Virus record (IMG/VR): IMGVR_UViG_3300046692_000091
Coordinates: 1 to 64,000 of that record
Length of the DNA: 64,000 nt
Reading direction: 5' to 3' (one strand)
This document shows positions 56,374 through 64,000 of this stretch, piece after piece; within the stretch, counting starts at the first letter, position 1, and each line of letters starts with the position of its first letter. The notes beneath the pieces were generated by a model. That model was not told the DNA's origin and made no database searches. It saw nothing but the letters and a program-made list of their open reading frames with translations. The position numbers and the translations under genes were made by a program.

Positions 56374-56749
56374 GATCGACCAGAGTCCGATTTCCTCTCA
56401 CTCAACTGCAGCATTAATGATCGGTTATCTGAACAGTGAATTAACACTGGTTGGAGAAACCGCATTGACTTCGAGCTCTACGGGTGCAGAAGCCATTGCT
56501 GCAATCTACAAAACCCCACGTGAAAAACAAGATGTTATTTTCCAGAAGGACTTCACGTCTATTCGGAAGAAAGACAGTTACAAGTTCACGGTATTATCTC
56601 TGGCCGTATTGGCAGTGGTAGCGGGAGCAGGCTTCGCAGGAAGTGTAGCTAAGTTAGAAGGTGAGGCAGCAGCAGGTGTAACAGACGTGTTTAAAGTTCT
56701 GATCACCGGCCTGTTTGAAATTGCGAAAATGATGATTTCAGGTCAATAA
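56348..56749 (+). CDS. Membrane protein, holin/antiholin candidate
   Basis: C-terminal hydrophobic helices; located between spanins and endolysin. Confidence 0.4.
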   Translation: MKISEILNEIDQSPISSHSTAALMIGYLNSELTLVGETALTSSSTGAEAIAAIYKTPREKQDVIFQKDFTSIRKKDSYKFTVLSLAVLAVVAGAGFAGSVAKLEGEAAAGVTDVFKVLITGLFEIAKMMISGQ

Positions 56750-56752
56750 AAA

Positions 56753-56790
56753 CATACTGTCCGTCCCATTAAGGGACGGACTTTATTATG
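56753..56790 (+). terminator. CATA-stem-TATG terminator
   Basis: GTCCGTCCC-ATTAA-GGGACGGAC-TTTATTATG. Confidence 0.75.
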
Positions 56791-56836
56791 CTATGTGGAT
56801 TAATCAACTTTGTAACCACAGGACCGAGGTTTAAAC

Positions 56837-57376
56837 ATGATCACTACAGATCGTTTCCCGTATGACATGCCTTCCCGCGACGCGCTCGTGGAACAGGTGA
56901 ACCGTGACTTGCAACGGAACTACAAACCGAACCAAGTTAGTTTTGAAGACATGTTCTTTGCCCCTCTGCCTGCTATCCCTGGCCGTACGTTTATCGAGAT
57001 GACTAGTCGCCTTACAGGCCTAAAGGAATTCTTTGTATATCGTCGGTTAGATCTGGCGAATCCTAAGGCACTGGGTACAAGCACTCGCATTAAGGTATTG
57101 GGTCGTCCGACTCCAGCCAGTATTGCAAACGAAATCAATCGTAGCCGTAAGATGACATTCGGCCCAGATGACCTTTCGTTCTCAACAGTTGTTATTAACA
57201 ACTCTGAGGAAACATTCGTCTATCGCTTGAAAGCGATGACAGGCAGCTACGCATACTTCGGTGAAACAGATGTTATCGTTGAAGTGTTAGAAGCTAATCC
57301 GTATGCACGTTATCTCGAAGACGGTGATGCTCGGTTGATGGAAACCGGTGACATTCGTGAACTCGAACACGTCTGA
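56837..57376 (+). CDS. Putative virion protein (gp143-like) with YxRL domain and C-terminal RxLEDG repeat
   Basis: VYRRLDL; ends NPYARYLEDGDARLMETGDIRELEHV. Confidence 0.65.
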   Translation: MITTDRFPYDMPSRDALVEQVNRDLQRNYKPNQVSFEDMFFAPLPAIPGRTFIEMTSRLTGLKEFFVYRRLDLANPKALGTSTRIKVLGRPTPASIANEINRSRKMTFGPDDLSFSTVVINNSEETFVYRLKAMTGSYAYFGETDVIVEVLEANPYARYLEDGDARLMETGDIRELEHV

Positions 57377-57386
57377 GGTAAATGAC

Positions 57387-57971
57387 ATGGCTACTCAAAA
57401 CGCTATACTCGATTCTATTCCCTTACCAAAAGCGAATAAGTCTCGTGCAGCAGCTATGCCAACCCTAGAAGCTATTGGCAAGATTAGCGGTATGTCTCCG
57501 ACTATACTGGCTACCTTCGCTTCGATTGAGTCTGGGTTTGACTATACTGTCAAAGCATCGACATCAAGTGCAACTGGTTGGTTTCAACATCTGAATAAAA
57601 CTTGGGATGATATCCTGGCGTTAACTAATGCCAAGTACAGTCTTAAGGATGATGCTCAGCGTGGTCTCCGGTTAGATCCTCGGGCTAATGGCCTGATGGG
57701 TGCAGAACTGTTGAAAGACAACGCTCGCATTCTTCGGAGTGGTCTGGGTCGTGAGCCTAACGATACGGAATTGTACGCCGCACACTTCTTCGGAGTGGGT
57801 GCAGCTAAGAAGTTCTTGCTAGCTGATCGTAACGCTTTGGGTAAGGACCTGTTCCCTAAACAAGCTGAAGCTAACATTGGTATCTTCTACGCTCGCGATA
57901 AGAAGACAGCTCTGACAATCGCACAGATTATCGACTTGTTAGATTCTAAAGTCGCCAAGCACCGCGGTTGA
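57387..57971 (+). CDS. Lytic transglycosylase endolysin, phiKZ gp144 (KZ144)-like catalytic domain only
   Basis: IPLPKANKSRAAA, TFASIESGFD (catalytic Glu), TSSATGWFQ, LYAAHFFG closely parallel KZ144 as recalled; start after GAGGT. Confidence 0.9.
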   Translation: MATQNAILDSIPLPKANKSRAAAMPTLEAIGKISGMSPTILATFASIESGFDYTVKASTSSATGWFQHLNKTWDDILALTNAKYSLKDDAQRGLRLDPRANGLMGAELLKDNARILRSGLGREPNDTELYAAHFFGVGAAKKFLLADRNALGKDLFPKQAEANIGIFYARDKKTALTIAQIIDLLDSKVAKHRG

Positions 57972-58000
57972 TCAACTTTATGTAATAAAAGGATTTCGCT

Positions 58001-58615
58001 ATGAGCACACCAATTACTGATGTGGTACCAAACAAAAACATGCTTTCCGGTATGGAATCCCTGCTCACTTTGAGTGGCGATGAACTCGTGGAAGTGGTAC
58101 GGCTAATGCCGGATGGTTCATATAAGAACTATCGTACATTCGCTTCTAAACTACGTGTGGGTAAATCCGCATATGAGGGGGCTGTTCAAAATGGCTTCGT
58201 TGGTACAGAAGTAGAATGGCTTGCAACATTGGTAGGCGAATCAGCTTACAAGACTGCTGTACGTTTAGGCGAGTTCGTCGGTACAGAAACCGAATGGGTT
58301 CAGTCGGTGGCTCCGCTATATGCACACGATGTTGAAACTAGTGGCCAAGCTCTGGTTGCTGGTGTAGACGGTATCGGTGCATGGACGCAACTGACTGGTG
58401 CACACGTTGGCTTGGATCAAGCCGATAATACCCCGGACATGGAAAAGCCGGTGTCTGATCCGCAGAGGACTGAGTTTGCTCGGTACCTCTTGCGGTCTCG
58501 GACAACTACCGAAGTAATGAAGGTGCTATTGGCACTTCCAGGCATTCGTTATACTGACGACATGAAAGACATCATCTTTGATGAAGGTCGAGTAACGCCT
58601 GTTACAACACCATAA
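58001..58615 (+). CDS. Short fibre protein, paralog of the large fibre N-terminus (gp145-like)
   Basis: GMESLLTLSG...DGSYKNYR; two GKSAY-type repeats. Confidence 0.75.
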   Translation: MSTPITDVVPNKNMLSGMESLLTLSGDELVEVVRLMPDGSYKNYRTFASKLRVGKSAYEGAVQNGFVGTEVEWLATLVGESAYKTAVRLGEFVGTETEWVQSVAPLYAHDVETSGQALVAGVDGIGAWTQLTGAHVGLDQADNTPDMEKPVSDPQRTEFARYLLRSRTTTEVMKVLLALPGIRYTDDMKDIIFDEGRVTPVTTP

Positions 58616-58635
58616 CCCTAGAAGGAACGACGACT

Positions 58636-59118
58636 ATGATCGTACAAGTCAAACGTGGCACAACAGCAGAAGCGGCAGCAAGACTTGGTTTGGAGGGGAC
58701 ACTGTTTATTGACTATGTTGCCAAGAAACTATATCTGCATGATGGCGTTACTGTTGGTGGCACTCTGGTGAATGGTGTTAGTGCGGAAACAGTTAATCAA
58801 TTGATTGCTACTGCACTGGATGCTTTTGAAGTAACTATCGCTGACATCACCGGACTGGAGACAGCTCTGGCCGATACTCTGAAAACTGCAGATATCGGTG
58901 ACAAAGTAGCATCTTTGGTCGGTGGCAAAGTGCCTGCTGAACAACTCCCTGATCCTGTTGTAGTGCCTGTTAAAGCAACTGGTGCTGAACTGATCGATGG
59001 TACAGACGATGTTAAGTTTGCTACGGCAGCTTCATTGGTTGCACTATTAGCTGACATCGGTTTTACCAAAGACGGTAATGGCGATTGGAAGCTTGACCCA
59101 AGTGTTGTAGCTCCGTAA
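58636..59118 (+). CDS. Fibre/adaptor protein with Mtd_N-like N-terminal domain
   Basis: QVKRGTTAE...LYLHDGVTVGG. Confidence 0.65.
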   Translation: MIVQVKRGTTAEAAARLGLEGTLFIDYVAKKLYLHDGVTVGGTLVNGVSAETVNQLIATALDAFEVTIADITGLETALADTLKTADIGDKVASLVGGKVPAEQLPDPVVVPVKATGAELIDGTDDVKFATAASLVALLADIGFTKDGNGDWKLDPSVVAP

Positions 59119-59121
59119 AAA

Positions 59122-59151
59122 CATAGGGAGCCTTCGGGTTCCCTTATGCCG
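59122..59151 (+). terminator. CATA-stem-TTATG terminator
   Basis: CATAGGGAGCC-TTCG-GGTTCCCTTATGCCG. Confidence 0.8.
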
Positions 59152-59245
59152 TCTCAGTATTTTATTCTATTGTATGAGTCTTATTTACGTTTTAGTAAGA
59201 CGACCGGTTGATTTTACTAAGACTCTCTTTAAAGGAAACATCGCG

Positions 59246-62200
59246 ATGGCTGAGTCAAATAAGAAGGGTATGATCTCTGGAATGGAGTCGCTGCTAACAA
59301 TCAGTGGTGAAGAATTCCTTGAGGTAATCCGTATGGAGACCGATGGCAGTTTTAAAAACTACCGTTTGCTGGTTTCCAAAATCCGTAACAACGCAGGTCT
59401 ATCCGCTTACGAGATCGCTGTTCAAAATGGTTTCGTTGGTACCGTCGATGCATGGCTTGAGTCGCTCGAAGGTAAGACCGCATATCAGATCGCAGTGGAC
59501 CTCGGGTTTGCTGGCGATGAAGCCGCTTTTATTGCCTCATTGAAAGGCACTGAAGGCGAGGTAGGTAAGTCAATCTACGAGATCGCAGTTGATACTGGGT
59601 TCGTAGGTACCGAAGCAGACTTCCTGAAAACTTTGGTTGGTAAGTCCGCTTATCAAACCTGGCTAGAGCAACCTGGCAACGCCGGCAAAACAGAAGCTGA
59701 ATTCATCGCTTCGATTAAAGGCGTCCAAGGGGATGATGGTATCCAGGGCATCCAAGGTGAAGATGGTAAATCTGCATTCGAAGTGTGGCAGGCCTTACCG
59801 GGTAACATTGGTAAAGATGAGGCGGAATATCTGGAAGCACTGAAAGGTGACACAGGTGCATCGGCTTATGAAATTGCAATCTCTGACGGCTTCGCAGGAA
59901 CAGAGGCTGAATGGTTAGCATCGATCGAAGGTCCTTCGGCTTACGAAGTGGCTAAAGCTGCTGATCCAGCTATCCCGAACGAAGCTGCATGGCTAGCGTC
60001 TTTGGAAGGTCCTTCTGCATTTGAAGTAGCTAAGGCTGGTGGTTTTCCTGGTACTCAAGCGGAGTGGCTCGCTACTCTGGTAGGTAAGTCCGCATACAAA
60101 TCTTGGCAGGATGCAGGTAACACTGGTTCGGAAGCACAGTTCCTGGAATCTCTCGAAGGTTCGGATGGCGTAGACGGTACTAACGGTGTTGATGGTAAAT
60201 CAGCTTACGAAACGTGGAAAGCTTTGCCTGGCAATGCCGGCAAAACAGAAGCTGAATTCATTGCCTCCCTCAAGGGTGTTAAAGGTGATGACGGCGTAGA
60301 CGGCTTGGATGGTGTCGACGGTAAGTCTGCCTACCAAACTTGGCTCCTGCTTCCAGGTAATGCTGGTAAGACAGAGGCAGAGTTTATTGCTTCCCTTAAA
60401 GGAGCTAAGGGTACAGATGGAACCAACGGTACGAATGGCACTAACGGTAAGTCCGCTTACCAAGTAGCTGTCGACGATGGTTTCGTAGGTTCTGTTGATC
60501 TGTGGCTGGAAAGCCTCGTTGGGCAAGACGGTCAGATTGGTGCTGGCGTAAATGTAATCGATACCATCACTCCAGAAGAGTATGCAGATATCGTTACTGC
60601 TGGTACTTCCGTAGCTGGTGATGCCTACATCGTAGAAACCTTCCTCTACATCTACAATGGTTCCGCTTGGGTTAAGTCTAACTCTATCCAAGGTCCAGAA
60701 GGCCAAGGCCTGAACTATCTGGGCGAATGGCCTACCGGTATTGCTCTGCCTCTCGATGTCAACTACGTATCTGGCGACACTTATGTGTGGCGTAGCTCGT
60801 TGTGGACTCTGGTAGAAGAACCTACTCGTAAATGGGTAGACATTGGTGTTCCTGGTCCCGAAGGTAAATCTGCTTATGAGACGTGGTTGCTGTTGCCAGG
60901 TAACGCAGGTAAGACTGAAGCTGAATTCATTGCGACTCTGAAAGGTCCTCGTGGTGATGATGGTACGGATGGCATTAAAGGTGATGACGGCAACTCCGCT
61001 TATGAAATCGCCGTGCTTGATGGTTTCGTAGGAACTGAAGTACAATGGCTTGCCTCGCTGAAAGGCGATACTGGTGAACAAGGTATTCCTGCACTGGCAT
61101 TCGAAATCAAAGGTACCCTGACTGACGTTTCTCAACTACCTCGTCCTGGTAACCCAGCTGAAGCATATTACGTTAACCGTGATCTGTACATCTGGATCGT
61201 TGATGATACTACCCCTGCGAACTCTGACTATCAAAACTTCGGTTCTCTGAACGGTGCTTCGGCATACGAGATTGCTGTTGATGAAGGTTTTGTTGGCACT
61301 GAAGCCCAATGGCTGTTATCGCTGAAAGGCACTAACGGTGTCGACGGTACAGACGGGACCGATGGTCGTAACCTGCAAGTCAAAGGTACTCAAGTTAACC
61401 TGGCTGCTATCCAAGCTCTTCCAACTCCTGTTGATCAGGATGCATGGGTAGCTCTGGACACTGGTCACCTGCATATTCGTGTAGGTGCTGCCTGGATTGA
61501 TGCTGGTCCTTTCCGTGGTCAAGATGGTACTAACGGTGTTGATGGTACTAACGGTACCAATGGTCGCAACGTAACTGTTAAAGGTTCTGTTGCTAACCAA
61601 GCTGCTCTACCTGGTGGTGCTGTTGAACAAGATGCGTATATCACTCTGGATACCGGCACTCTGTTCATGTGGATCTCTGGTACTTGGGTTAACCTCGGTG
61701 TATTCCGTGGTCCTAAGGGCGACACTGGTGCCGACGGTCTCGTTGGTAACGATGGTGCTCCAGGTATCGGTATCATCATCAAAGGTGAAGTTGATGTAGT
61801 AGGTGATCTACCAAATCCAGCAACATTGGAGCCAGGTGATGCGTACTACGTGGTTGCAGATAACAAACTGTACCAAGTAAACGATGTTAACGTGTACGGT
61901 CCTGGTATTACTATCGTTGGCCCACAAGGCGCAGACGGTGTACAAGGTATCCAAGGCCCTGCTGGTAACTCAATTGCTATCATGGGTTCCTATGCTACTG
62001 AAGCTGCCCTGAAGGCTGCCCATCCTACTGGTGTGAATGGTGAAGGTTATCTGGTCGGTAGCGATCTATACCTCTACGGCGTAAACCCGGTTGGTGGTGC
62101 TACTGAATGGTACAACGCTGGTCCTGTCCGTGGTCCGAAAGGTGATCAGGGTATCCAAGGTGTCACGGGTCTCCGTGGTATCCAAGGTCTGACTGGCGAA

Positions 62201-63580
62201 CGTGGTGCACTGTGGCTGACTCTGCCGAATGGCGTTGAAGAACCTACCTCCGGCTACGGTCGTGAAGGTGACTGGGCTGTTAGCGCTGACTTCAATACCT
62301 TCTACAAAGCTCCGGGTACTGGCTGGGTTCAGATCGGTCGTCTGGTAGCTGGTGACGTTAACTCGCCACTGGGTAGCTTGGGTAAAGTAGTTCGTCTGGG
62401 TACCTCGTGGGTTGCTCTGCCGGTTGATGAAGTTCCAAGTCTTGCCTCCGGTAAGATCTACGCTCGTCAATCTAAAGCTGGGTCTACCACTGAAGGTGAG
62501 TGGGTTGAAGTTGTCTTCCCGGATTCGTTCGATGAAGCTCCTGATGATGCTAAGCTCTACGTCCGTACTCGTTCCGTTGGTGTTGAAGATGGTAGCTGGT
62601 TCGAATTGCCGAAGACCATCGGTGATCTGGTTACTAAAGATACCAAACAATACGCTCGTACTTTCGAAGCAGCTGACTCTGCCCCTAAGTGGAAAGAGAT
62701 TGTTATCCCATCAGTTGTCGTTGGTGAAGCTCCTACCACCGCAGGCAAAGTTTACCTGCGTAGCGGTCAGAATGCCAACTGGGTCGAATATGTAGCTCCG
62801 GCTGCAGGCGTACCAGAAGCTCCTACCACTGCTGGTCTTGCATTTGCACGTCGTGGTGACAACACTAGTTGGGTCGAAGCTACACCAGAAGTAACTGGTG
62901 CTGCCGGTACTGTCTTCGGTCGTAAGGGCGATAAGACTTGGGTACCTGCTGCTCCAGAAGCTCCAACTACAGCTGGTAAGTTCTACATGCGTCGTGGTGA
63001 TACTGCCGCGTGGGTAGAATACGTTGCTCCATCGGGTGGTGTGGCTGAGGCACCAACTACTGCAGGTAAAACATTCCTGCGTAGTGGCCAGAATACTAAC
63101 TGGGTAGAGTTCACCGATACTCCAACTGATACCAAGTCGTATCTGCGGAAAGGTGATAAGACCTGGGTTGAGTATGTGGCTCCTGCTGCTGGTATTACTG
63201 AGGCTCCTAACGACGGTAAACAATACGTCCGTAAGAACCAAGCATGGGCTTCCTTCGATCGTTATGATACCCCTATCACTGCGATCGTAGCCACCGCTAC
63301 ACTTGATCCACTAGTCAACCAGTTCTTCACCGTAGCTAACGCCTCGGGTGCTAAGACTCTGACCATCAACGCAGGCCCTGCTTCGCGTGCGATGACTATC
63401 GTTCTGGTAGTAAGTGGTTCTGGTGGTACTCTGACCTTCACCCCTGGTTCTGGCGCAGGTACTGCTGTCAAGTGGAACACTGGTACAGCTCCAGTCTTCA
63501 CCGGTACTAAAACTGTTCTTACTCTCCTTTGGGATGGGACAGAATGGATCGGTGCACAAGGTGCAGTAACAACTAGCTAA
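59246..63580 (+). CDS. Large collagen-like repetitive fibre protein (gp146-like)
   Basis: AAGGA RBS; about 15 (G)xSAY..GF.G.E..WL.SL.G repeats, Gly-X-Y stretches, about 8 small beta-domains, about 10 EAP..GK.Y.R...W repeats, distinct C-terminal domain. Confidence 0.85.
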   Translation: MAESNKKGMISGMESLLTISGEEFLEVIRMETDGSFKNYRLLVSKIRNNAGLSAYEIAVQNGFVGTVDAWLESLEGKTAYQIAVDLGFAGDEAAFIASLKGTEGEVGKSIYEIAVDTGFVGTEADFLKTLVGKSAYQTWLEQPGNAGKTEAEFIASIKGVQGDDGIQGIQGEDGKSAFEVWQALPGNIGKDEAEYLEALKGDTGASAYEIAISDGFAGTEAEWLASIEGPSAYEVAKAADPAIPNEAAWLASLEGPSAFEVAKAGGFPGTQAEWLATLVGKSAYKSWQDAGNTGSEAQFLESLEGSDGVDGTNGVDGKSAYETWKALPGNAGKTEAEFIASLKGVKGDDGVDGLDGVDGKSAYQTWLLLPGNAGKTEAEFIASLKGAKGTDGTNGTNGTNGKSAYQVAVDDGFVGSVDLWLESLVGQDGQIGAGVNVIDTITPEEYADIVTAGTSVAGDAYIVETFLYIYNGSAWVKSNSIQGPEGQGLNYLGEWPTGIALPLDVNYVSGDTYVWRSSLWTLVEEPTRKWVDIGVPGPEGKSAYETWLLLPGNAGKTEAEFIATLKGPRGDDGTDGIKGDDGNSAYEIAVLDGFVGTEVQWLASLKGDTGEQGIPALAFEIKGTLTDVSQLPRPGNPAEAYYVNRDLYIWIVDDTTPANSDYQNFGSLNGASAYEIAVDEGFVGTEAQWLLSLKGTNGVDGTDGTDGRNLQVKGTQVNLAAIQALPTPVDQDAWVALDTGHLHIRVGAAWIDAGPFRGQDGTNGVDGTNGTNGRNVTVKGSVANQAALPGGAVEQDAYITLDTGTLFMWISGTWVNLGVFRGPKGDTGADGLVGNDGAPGIGIIIKGEVDVVGDLPNPATLEPGDAYYVVADNKLYQVNDVNVYGPGITIVGPQGADGVQGIQGPAGNSIAIMGSYATEAALKAAHPTGVNGEGYLVGSDLYLYGVNPVGGATEWYNAGPVRGPKGDQGIQGVTGLRGIQGLTGERGALWLTLPNGVEEPTSGYGREGDWAVSADFNTFYKAPGTGWVQIGRLVAGDVNSPLGSLGKVVRLGTSWVALPVDEVPSLASGKIYARQSKAGSTTEGEWVEVVFPDSFDEAPDDAKLYVRTRSVGVEDGSWFELPKTIGDLVTKDTKQYARTFEAADSAPKWKEIVIPSVVVGEAPTTAGKVYLRSGQNANWVEYVAPAAGVPEAPTTAGLAFARRGDNTSWVEATPEVTGAAGTVFGRKGDKTWVPAAPEAPTTAGKFYMRRGDTAAWVEYVAPSGGVAEAPTTAGKTFLRSGQNTNWVEFTDTPTDTKSYLRKGDKTWVEYVAPAAGITEAPNDGKQYVRKNQAWASFDRYDTPITAIVATATLDPLVNQFFTVANASGAKTLTINAGPASRAMTIVLVVSGSGGTLTFTPGSGAGTAVKWNTGTAPVFTGTKTVLTLLWDGTEWIGAQGAVTTS
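59400..61330 (+). repeat. Coding tandem repeats (SAY module plus collagen linkers)
   Basis: Near-identical GNAGKTEAEFIA units near 59680, 60230, 60360 and 60900. Confidence 0.8.
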
Positions 63581-63581
63581 T

Positions 63582-63614
63582 GGCATAAAGCCTCCCTACG
63601 GGGAGGCTCTTATG
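63582..63614 (+). terminator. GGCATAA-stem-TTATG terminator
   Basis: GGCATAA-AGCCTCCC-TACG-GGGAGGCT-CTTATG. Confidence 0.8.
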
Positions 63615-63654
63615 TTATTTTATGATCCAATAAACAAGTCCTTAAGGAATCAAC

Positions 63655-64000
63655 ATGACCACAGTTAATCGTACTACCCGTCTGATTGAATCGGACAGCG
63701 GTGACTATCCTCTTTACTTAGCCGATCTTGCTTCACGTGTAAACAATACTTCCTTCCCACAAGTTGTCGACTCCGAAATCCTTTTCGAGTTTGGCTACGA
63801 AGTTGTACTAGACACAACAATTCCAGTTAATGACGTTGTTACAGAAGGTGCACCAGAACTACGCGATGGTAGCTGGTACCGGGTATGGAATGCTCGTCCT
63901 TTCAATGAGAACGAACTGACTGCTAATTTGGCGGCAGCGAAAGCGGCTCTGAAAGCACAAGCTGAAGCCAAACGCGTTACTGACTTCGAAAAGGGTTTCC
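63655..64000 (+). CDS. Tail fibre assembly/chaperone-like protein, 3' truncated (absent from ORF track)
   Basis: TAAGGA RBS; MTTVNRTTRLIESDSGDYPLYLADLASRVNNTSFP; open to window end. Confidence 0.65.
   Translation, partial: MTTVNRTTRLIESDSGDYPLYLADLASRVNNTSFPQVVDSEILFEFGYEVVLDTTIPVNDVVTEGAPELRDGSWYRVWNARPFNENELTANLAAAKAALKAQAEAKRVTDFEKGF

Noticed and set aside
59174-59245. N-terminal extensions given by the ORF track (also 1480, 7834, 16680, 18064, 22695, 45784, 52980, 55894, 57348)
   Set aside because: Better RBS-linked starts lie downstream, and several of the extensions overlap upstream genes.
60200-62650. Several long antisense ORFs within the fibre gene
   Set aside because: Artefacts of repetitive Gly/Thr/Ala codons on the sense strand.
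45859-63580. Diversity-generating retroelement or invertible tail-fibre cassette
   Set aside because: No reverse transcriptase or invertase and no adenine-specific TR/VR pair was recognised; the fibre paralogs are highly diverged.
4929-63614. Repeated palindromes as a CRISPR array or MITE
   Set aside because: Irregular spacing, always directly after stop codons, no constant-length spacers, no cas genes and no target-site duplications.

Overview
This 64 kb window comes from a phiKZ-like (nucleus-forming, Chimalliviridae-type) jumbo phage. It has three parts. (i) 1-5.3 kb: a conserved virion-protein operon. (ii) 5.4-25.3 kb: an early accessory region driven by TATATTAC promoters. It holds about 23 tiny membrane proteins, several paralog families, a macrodomain, a (p)ppGpp-hydrolase-like HD protein, a CX5R phosphatase and an L7/L12-CTD-like protein. 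(iii) 25.3-64 kb: a core block in phiKZ gp118-gp146 order, with DnaB, major capsid protein, nvRNAP beta-N subunit, portal, tail fibre/baseplate proteins, RuvC, spanins, transglycosylase endolysin and a collagen-like fibre. Top observation: the capsid gene's UGA-A stop is followed in frame by a 26-codon (R-x-L-E-D-G-x-x)n repeat. This matches the C-terminus of another putative virion protein in the window and suggests programmed read-through to an extended capsid subunit. phiKZ gp numbers are from recalled family knowledge and synteny, not database searches. No tRNA, CRISPR array, intein or mobile element was recognised.
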